Positions 58,281 to 64,000 of a stretch of 64,000 nt of DNA are shown here, one piece after another; the stretch's first letter is position 1, and each line of letters opens with the position of its first letter. Origin of the DNA: Candidatus Sysuimicrobiota bacterium (lineage in GTDB: Bacteria > Sysuimicrobiota > Sysuimicrobiia > Sysuimicrobiales > Sysuimicrobiaceae). The position numbers and the translations under genes are program-made. A model generated the notes under the pieces. It searched no databases, had not been told where the DNA came from, and was given only the letters and a program-made list of their open reading frames with translations. The DNA is taken from positions 51,685 to 115,684 of the forward strand of contig PSLI01000001.1 in NCBI GenBank assembly GCA_040289515.1, read 5' to 3'.

Positions 58281-59543
58281 ATGCGGAAGACCAGGGTCAT
58301 TTGGGCAGTGCTCGTGGCGATGGTGGTCGCCGTCACCTCGTGGGCGGCCACGTACGCGGCACCGGTGCGCATGGGGCCGGTGACGGACGAGTGGGGCGTG
58401 GTCCGCGTGGCCCGCGGGCAGCCCATCACAATCGCGTACTGGCTGGTGGTGGCCGGCCCGGATGCCAGCCTGGGGGTGGACAGCCGGCGCGGGATCGAGA
58501 TCGCCATCGACGACAAAAAGACCGTGGCCGGTCACCCCATCCGGCTGATCGGGGAGGATTCAGGCTGCAACGCGGAGGGCGGAACGACGGCCGCCACCAA
58601 GCTGGCGGCCAACCGTCAGATCGTGGCCGCGATCGGAAGCAGCTGCTCCAGCGAGGCGGTACCCGGGGCTCCCATTCTGTGCAAGCAGGGCATCGTGACC
58701 GTCTCCCCCTCCAACACCGCGCCCAAGCTCACGGACCCCAAGCGGGGTCCGGAGTACGCCTGCTACCTCCGCACGGCCCACAACGACCTGGTGCAGGGAC
58801 GGGCCGCGGCGCAATTCGCCTACCACCAGCTGGGCGTGCGGCGGGCAGCCACCATCCACGACGGCAGCCCGTACGCGGAGGGCCTGGCGAACGTGTTCGC
58901 GGACGTTTTCAAGCGCCTGGGCGGGACCATCACCTCCCAGGAAGCCATCCAGCCCACGGACACCGACATGCGGCCGGTGCTGACCCGCATCGCCGCCGGT
59001 CGCCCGCAGCTCATCTACTACCCCATCTTCATCGCCGCGGGCGGCCACATCACCCGGCAGGCAAAGGAGGTGTCGGGTCTGGAGAACGTGAAGCTCATGA
59101 GCGCGGACGGCACCTTCTCCCCGGACTTTTGGAAGGCCGCGGGGGAGGCCGCCCGGGGCATGTACCACTCCAGCCCGGACCTGTCGGTGGAGGCCCTGGG
59201 GCCCAAGTACCAGCAGTTCCTTGACAAGCACCAGAAGAAGTACGGGGAGAAGCCCCTTTCTGCCTTCCACGCTCACGCCTACGATGCGGCCATGATGATC
59301 TTCACGGCCATCGAAAAGGTGGCCCGCAAGGACGCCCAGGGCAACACCTACATCGGCCGGAAGGCGCTGCGGGACGCCCTGTTCGCCACCCGGAACTTCC
59401 CGGGCATCACGGGGACGCTGACCTGCAACCCCTACGGCGACTGCGCGGACCCCAAGATCGCTGTCTACCAGACCATCTCCGCGGACCCGGCCAAGTGGAG
59501 CCCGGGTGTGGATCCCAAGAAGATCTGGTCCATGAAGCGGTAA
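58281..59543 (+). CDS. Liv-type ABC substrate-binding protein
   Basis: Signal peptide; EDSGC, GSSCS, SPSNT, RTAHND, IHDGSPY, AYDAA. Confidence 0.9.
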   Translation: MRKTRVIWAVLVAMVVAVTSWAATYAAPVRMGPVTDEWGVVRVARGQPITIAYWLVVAGPDASLGVDSRRGIEIAIDDKKTVAGHPIRLIGEDSGCNAEGGTTAATKLAANRQIVAAIGSSCSSEAVPGAPILCKQGIVTVSPSNTAPKLTDPKRGPEYACYLRTAHNDLVQGRAAAQFAYHQLGVRRAATIHDGSPYAEGLANVFADVFKRLGGTITSQEAIQPTDTDMRPVLTRIAAGRPQLIYYPIFIAAGGHITRQAKEVSGLENVKLMSADGTFSPDFWKAAGEAARGMYHSSPDLSVEALGPKYQQFLDKHQKKYGEKPLSAFHAHAYDAAMMIFTAIEKVARKDAQGNTYIGRKALRDALFATRNFPGITGTLTCNPYGDCADPKIAVYQTISADPAKWSPGVDPKKIWSMKR

Positions 59544-59558
59544 CGGAGGCCGCACCAC

Positions 59559-59598
59559 GGGCCGGGAGGCGCGCCCCACAGGCGCTGCCTCCCGGCCC
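59559..59598 (+). other. strong intergenic stem-loop after the SBP gene (mRNA stabiliser or terminator)
   Basis: GGGCCGGGAGGC-GCGCC-CCACA-GGCGC-T-GCCTCCCGGCCC. Confidence 0.55.
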
Positions 59599-59618
59599 TC
59601 GGGGAGGAGGTCGGGAGC

Positions 59619-60695
59619 TTGGCCACAGCAACCCTGCAACGGCCGCGCGCACCGCGGTGGAGCTTCGTGGACGCCTTCCTGTGGGCTTTCCGCCTGGTGG
59701 TGGTGGTGGTGGTGGCGTGGGGCACGGTGGGGACCCTGCGCCTGGGCCGGTACACGGGGGAGCAGTGGCTGGACTTTTTTGTGTTCGGGCTGGCCCAGGG
59801 CGGGATCTACGCCCTCATCGCCCTCGGCTACACCATGGTGTACGGCATCCTGCGCATGATCAACTTCGCCCACGGGGAGGTGTTCATGAGCGGGGCCTAC
59901 ACCGCGTACTTCGTGGCAGCCCCCCTGGCGACCTCGGGGTTCCTGAACCGCCACCCCCTCCTCAGCCTGAGCCTCCTGGTGGCGGTGGCCGCGGTGGTGT
60001 CCCTGTCGGTGGCGGTGTTGGTGGAGCGGGTGGCTTACCGGCCCCTGCGGCGGGCCCCGCGCCTGGTGCCCCTCATTACCGCCATCGGAGCCTCCTTCTT
60101 CCTGCAGTACGCCTTCCGGGGCCTGTTCGGGTCGGGGTTCAAGGCGTACCCGGAGTTTGAGCTGTTCAAGGGCCAGTGGGAGGTTTTCGGGGTCGGGATC
60201 CTGCGCACCCAGGCAGTGGTGCTCGCCAGCGCCGCGGTGCTCATGTTCGCCCTGTACCAGTTCGTCATGCGAACGAAGGTGGGCAAGGCGATGCGCGCGG
60301 TGTCGGAGGACAAGGACGCCGCGGCCCTGATGGGGATCGACGTGGACCGCATCATCGTGCTCACCTTCGCCATCGGGGGGGCCGCCGCCGGGGCCGCGGG
60401 CATCCTGTACGCCCTGGTGTTCAAGCAGGTGCACTTCTTCATGGGGTTCGTGCCGGGGATCAAGGCCTTCACCTCCGCGGTCCTGGGAGGGATCGGGAAC
60501 ATCCCGGGGGCCATGCTGGGCGGGCTGTTCCTGGGGGTGGTGGAGTCCGTGGGCCCCGCCCTGTTCCTGGACGGGCTGGGCATCGTGGCCCCGTACCAGC
60601 TCAAGGACGTCATCGCCTTCACCATGCTGGTCATGGTCCTCATCTTCCGGCCCCAGGGGATCCTGGGGGAGCGGCTGGCCGCCAAGAGGGCGTAG
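59619..60695 (+). CDS. Liv-type ABC permease (LivH-like)
   Basis: YALIALGYTMVYGILRMINFAHGE, GKAMRA, KAFTSAVLGGIGN. Confidence 0.92.
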   Translation: MATATLQRPRAPRWSFVDAFLWAFRLVVVVVVAWGTVGTLRLGRYTGEQWLDFFVFGLAQGGIYALIALGYTMVYGILRMINFAHGEVFMSGAYTAYFVAAPLATSGFLNRHPLLSLSLLVAVAAVVSLSVAVLVERVAYRPLRRAPRLVPLITAIGASFFLQYAFRGLFGSGFKAYPEFELFKGQWEVFGVGILRTQAVVLASAAVLMFALYQFVMRTKVGKAMRAVSEDKDAAALMGIDVDRIIVLTFAIGGAAAGAAGILYALVFKQVHFFMGFVPGIKAFTSAVLGGIGNIPGAMLGGLFLGVVESVGPALFLDGLGIVAPYQLKDVIAFTMLVMVLIFRPQGILGERLAAKRA

Positions 60696-60697
60696 AC

Positions 60698-62350
60698 GTG
60701 TGGCGCGCGGGTTTGGTGTTCGGCGCACTGATCTGGTTCGTGAGCCTAGCGGGCCTGGTGGAAGCACTCCACGCCCGCTGGGTGGTGGACGGGGTGGTCT
60801 CCGCGGGCCAGGTGCTCCTGTGGGGGGTTGTGGTGGCCAGCGGGTGGGTGGGCGCGCGGCGCGCACCCGGTGCCTTGGTCTCCCGGCTGGGATGGGGGCT
60901 GTTCAGCGGGGCCACCGCCGGTTTTTGCTTGGGATTGCTGGCGTGGTTGGGAGGCCAGGTAGACCTGCGCAGCGTGTTCATCAACGCTTCCCCGGTGCTG
61001 TTCCAGCTGCTGTCGGCAGGCCTGCAGCCACCACAGGCCTGGCTGGCGGCGGTGCTAGCGGGATCGGTACTGGGCCTGGTGGGCGCTGCGGGGGCGGTAG
61101 CTCCCAAGGGGCTGGTGCGGCCGTTGCTGGCGGGGCTGGGCGCAGGCGTGAGCCTGGGGATGTTCCAGGAGCTGGTGCTGCTGGTCCTGCAGCCGGAGGG
61201 GCTGGCTGCGGTTCGCGAGTGGCTGTTTGTGGCAAGTGGAGGCCCCACGGCCCACGGCGTGGGGGCGGTGGCCCTGGCCTCCGCGGCTGCGGCAGCTTTG
61301 CGCCCTGCGCTGTCCGCCGGCGGCCGGACGGTGGGCTTGTCTTTCAGGGCCGGCCGGGTGCTGTGGATTGTGGTGGGGATCGCCCTGCTGGCGTTGCTGC
61401 CCGTGGCGGGTGGCCCCTTCGTGGCCCAGGTGCTGGTGCTCGTGGGCCTGTATACCCTCATGGGCTTGGGATTAAACCTGGAAGTGGGGCTTGCGGGCCT
61501 GCTGGATTTGGGGTTCGTGGCCTTCTTTGCCATCGGCGCGTACACGGTCGGGCTGCTGACCTCCGTGGGCCAGCACGGCATCGCCCATTGGTCCTTCTGG
61601 GCTGCGGTGCCCGTGGCCGTACTGGTCTCCCTGGTGGCGGGGGTGATCCTGGGGATCCCCGTGTTGGGGATTCGGGGTGACTACCTGGCCATCGCCACCC
61701 TGGGGTTCGGTGAGATCGTACGGCTGCTGGTCCTCTCCGACGCCCTGCGGCCATGGCTGGGCGGCTCCCAGGGTGTGCTGAGCATCCCCAAGCCCGTGCT
61801 GGGTGGGTGGGAGCTTTCGGGGCCGCAGCACCTGTACTACCTGACCGTGGTGGCCTCCGCGGTGGTGGCCTACGTGGCATGGCGTTTGCAGGAGTCCCGG
61901 CTGGGGCGGGCGTGGATGGCCATCCGGGAGGACGAGGACGTGGCGGAGGCTTTGGGGATCAACCTGGTGAGCGTGAAGCTGCTTGCCTACGGCCTGGGCG
62001 CCGCCTTCGCGGGCGTGGGCGGGGCCATCTTCGCGGTGATGGTGGGGTCGGTGTTCCCGCACAGCTTCCAGCTGCTCATCTCCATCCAGGTGCTGGCTCT
62101 GATCATCGTGGGCGGCATGGGGAGCATCCCCGGCGTGGTGGTGGGTTCGGCGGTGCTCATTGGCCTTCCCGAGCTGCTGCGGGAGTTCGGGGAGTTCCGC
62201 TTCCTGGTGTACGGGGCCGCCCTGGTGGCCATGATGCTCCTCCGACCGGAGGGGCTACTGCCCGCCGCGGCACAGCGCCGGGAGCTGCACGCGGAAGAAT
62301 CCGGCTCGGCCCTGCAGCCGTGGGCGGTGGGTGCAGGTGGAGGGGCGTAG
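60698..62350 (+). CDS. Liv-type ABC permease (LivM-like) with extended N-terminal membrane region
   Basis: GLNLEVGLAGLLDLGFVAFF, GDYLAIATLGFGEI, GRAWMAIREDE. Confidence 0.9.
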   Translation: MWRAGLVFGALIWFVSLAGLVEALHARWVVDGVVSAGQVLLWGVVVASGWVGARRAPGALVSRLGWGLFSGATAGFCLGLLAWLGGQVDLRSVFINASPVLFQLLSAGLQPPQAWLAAVLAGSVLGLVGAAGAVAPKGLVRPLLAGLGAGVSLGMFQELVLLVLQPEGLAAVREWLFVASGGPTAHGVGAVALASAAAAALRPALSAGGRTVGLSFRAGRVLWIVVGIALLALLPVAGGPFVAQVLVLVGLYTLMGLGLNLEVGLAGLLDLGFVAFFAIGAYTVGLLTSVGQHGIAHWSFWAAVPVAVLVSLVAGVILGIPVLGIRGDYLAIATLGFGEIVRLLVLSDALRPWLGGSQGVLSIPKPVLGGWELSGPQHLYYLTVVASAVVAYVAWRLQESRLGRAWMAIREDEDVAEALGINLVSVKLLAYGLGAAFAGVGGAIFAVMVGSVFPHSFQLLISIQVLALIIVGGMGSIPGVVVGSAVLIGLPELLREFGEFRFLVYGAALVAMMLLRPEGLLPAAAQRRELHAEESGSALQPWAVGAGGGA

Positions 62351-62351
62351 C

Positions 62352-63137
62352 GTGGCCCTCTTGATCACCCGGGGCATGACCAAGCGGTTCGGAGGCCTGG
62401 TGGCGGTCCGCGCCCTGGACCTGAAGGTGGAGGAGCGCGCCATCCACAGCGTCATCGGCCCCAACGGGGCGGGCAAGACCACGGTGTTCAACTGCATCAC
62501 GGGCTTCTACCGCCCGGAAGAAGGGGAGATCTGGTTCGCGGGGCAGCGGGTGGACGGCCTGCGACCGGACGAGATCGCGCATTTGGGCATCGCCCGCACG
62601 TACCAGAACATCCGCCTGTTCGCCAACATGACGGCCCTGGAGAACGTGCTGGTGGGGTTGCACCGGCACCTGCGCTCCAGCTGGGTGGGAGCGCTGCTGG
62701 GAAGCCCCGCGGTGCGGCGGGAGGAACGGTGGGCGCACGAGGAGGCCCGGAGGCTATTGGAGTTCGTGGGTCTCGGGGGCCGAGCCCACCTCCTGGCCCG
62801 CCACCTGCCTTACGGGGAGCAGCGCAAACTGGAGCTGGCCCGCGCCCTGGCCACCCGACCCCGGCTGCTCCTTTTGGACGAGCCCACGGCGGGCATGAAC
62901 CCCGCCGAGACGCAGGAGGTGATCCAGTTCATCCGCCGGCTGCGGGATGAGCTGGGGATCACCATCCTGCTCATCGAGCACCACATGCGCGTGGTGATGA
63001 CCATCTCGGACCGGGTAACGGTCCTGGACTACGGGGAGAAGATCTCCGAGGGCAGCCCCGAGCAGGTTCAGGACGACCCCCGGGTGATCGAGGCCTACCT
63101 GGGCACCCGGAAAGTAGCTGCGGAGGCCCTGGGCTAG
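62352..63137 (+). CDS. Liv-type ABC ATP-binding protein (LivG-like)
   Basis: GPNGAGKT, RTYQNIRLF, LDEPTAG, IEHHM, VIEAYLG. Confidence 0.92.
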   Translation: MALLITRGMTKRFGGLVAVRALDLKVEERAIHSVIGPNGAGKTTVFNCITGFYRPEEGEIWFAGQRVDGLRPDEIAHLGIARTYQNIRLFANMTALENVLVGLHRHLRSSWVGALLGSPAVRREERWAHEEARRLLEFVGLGGRAHLLARHLPYGEQRKLELARALATRPRLLLLDEPTAGMNPAETQEVIQFIRRLRDELGITILLIEHHMRVVMTISDRVTVLDYGEKISEGSPEQVQDDPRVIEAYLGTRKVAAEALG

Positions 63138-63226
63138 CGGTGTTCGTGGGCGGAATTCTAGCCGGCAGGAATCCCGGGCAGTGGTGTGGAAACCCTTTTC
63201 CGCAAACCTTTTCTGGGAGGTCTACC

Positions 63227-64000
63227 GTGGCGACCCATCAACCTGCCTACCACCGCTACTTCGCTGCGGACGTGCCCCCCGACGGCCGCAAGCGCAACCT
63301 CATGAGCATGTCCTACGCGGAGGTGGCGGAGCGCCTGCGGGAACCCGGACAGGACTTGGTCCTGGTGCCCCTGGGGAGCACGGAGAAGCACGGGGCTCAC
63401 ATCCCCCTGGGGACGGACAGCTACATTACCATGACCGCGGTGGTCATGGCTGCAGAGATGGCTGACTGCCTGTACGCTCCCCTGATGCCCTTCGGCTACT
63501 CCCCCCATCACATGGGTCGCCTCCTGGAAGGGGCCGGCACCATCACCCTGCAGGCGGAGACCTACCGCCGGGTGATGCACGACGTGGCCCTGAGCTTAGT
63601 TTTCCACGGGTTTGGCCGCATTGTGTTCGTCAGCCACCATGGCTCCAACACCAAGCCCATCGACGAGATCCTCCGCTACCTGCGGTACCGCACGGGGGCG
63701 TTCTTCGCCTTCTACAAGACCCCCACGGAGCGGGAGGTGAGCGTGTTGCGGGGGATCCTGGAGAACCCCCCGGAGGAGACCCCCGGGTGGCACAGCAGCG
63801 AGCTGGAGACCTCCTGCGTGATGGCGGTCCACGAGGCCCTGGTGGACATGCGGCGGGCGGTGGCGGACCGTGCCCATGCGCCACGTTGGATGGGTGAGAA
63901 GTTCTCCAAGGTGGACGGCACGGGAACGGTCATCTTCCAAGAGTCGGAGAACATCTGGGTCCCCATGGAGCACCACGAGTACTCCGACACCGCGGTAATC
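63227..64000 (+). CDS. creatininase-family amidohydrolase (3' partial; absent from the ORF track)
   Basis: SD GGAGG 63216-20, GTG 63227; PLGSTEKHGAHIPLGTD, GYSPHH, SHHGSN, WHSSELETS; open to the window end. Confidence 0.88.
   Translation, partial: MATHQPAYHRYFAADVPPDGRKRNLMSMSYAEVAERLREPGQDLVLVPLGSTEKHGAHIPLGTDSYITMTAVVMAAEMADCLYAPLMPFGYSPHHMGRLLEGAGTITLQAETYRRVMHDVALSLVFHGFGRIVFVSHHGSNTKPIDEILRYLRYRTGAFFAFYKTPTEREVSVLRGILENPPEETPGWHSSELETSCVMAVHEALVDMRRAVADRAHAPRWMGEKFSKVDGTGTVIFQESENIWVPMEHHEYSDTAVI

Overview
High-GC (visually ~70%) bacterial chromosome segment, mostly core or housekeeping genes. The gene repertoire and SLH-domain protein suggest a thermophilic Terrabacteria-type organism, possibly Armatimonadota/CSP1-3-like (inference only). 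In order: lysC 3' end, NCS2 purine permease, DUF62 SAM enzyme, S41 protease, TrpB2, DtxR regulator with an Fe3+ ABC operon, a type IV pilus motor locus, an SLH-SPOR-glycosidase, a Liv-type ABC operon with an acyl-CoA ligase, rpoZ, ald, a lipid-carrier glycosylation cluster with an MNT-HEPN pair, tRNA-Met-tilS-ftsH, a 344-bp internally deleted IS1634-like element, pncA, ASCH/kptA, a folate-biotin-CoA cofactor cluster, greA, clpC, hpt, a surE pseudogene, ftsEX-envC-ctpA-yibQ, and a second Liv-type ABC operon followed by a creatininase-family gene. No CRISPR array, rRNA or prophage was seen. The best candidate for an undescribed system is the pilus locus: a full-length DnaB paralogue with altered ssDNA-binding and sensor motifs leads an apparently sigma-54-driven operon with pilT (carrying a long Arg-rich insertion) and pilC, divergent from a TPR/MshEN-PilB. 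Other notable signals are a His-to-Trp change in the DUF62 active site, a structured pan-like leader before the S-component/coaX genes, an 8-bp duplication frameshifting a GT-C gene, a repeated DtxR-type operator, several probable leaderless genes and an endonuclease-I-like gene coupled to hpt. All product calls come from motif recognition by eye; no database searches were run.
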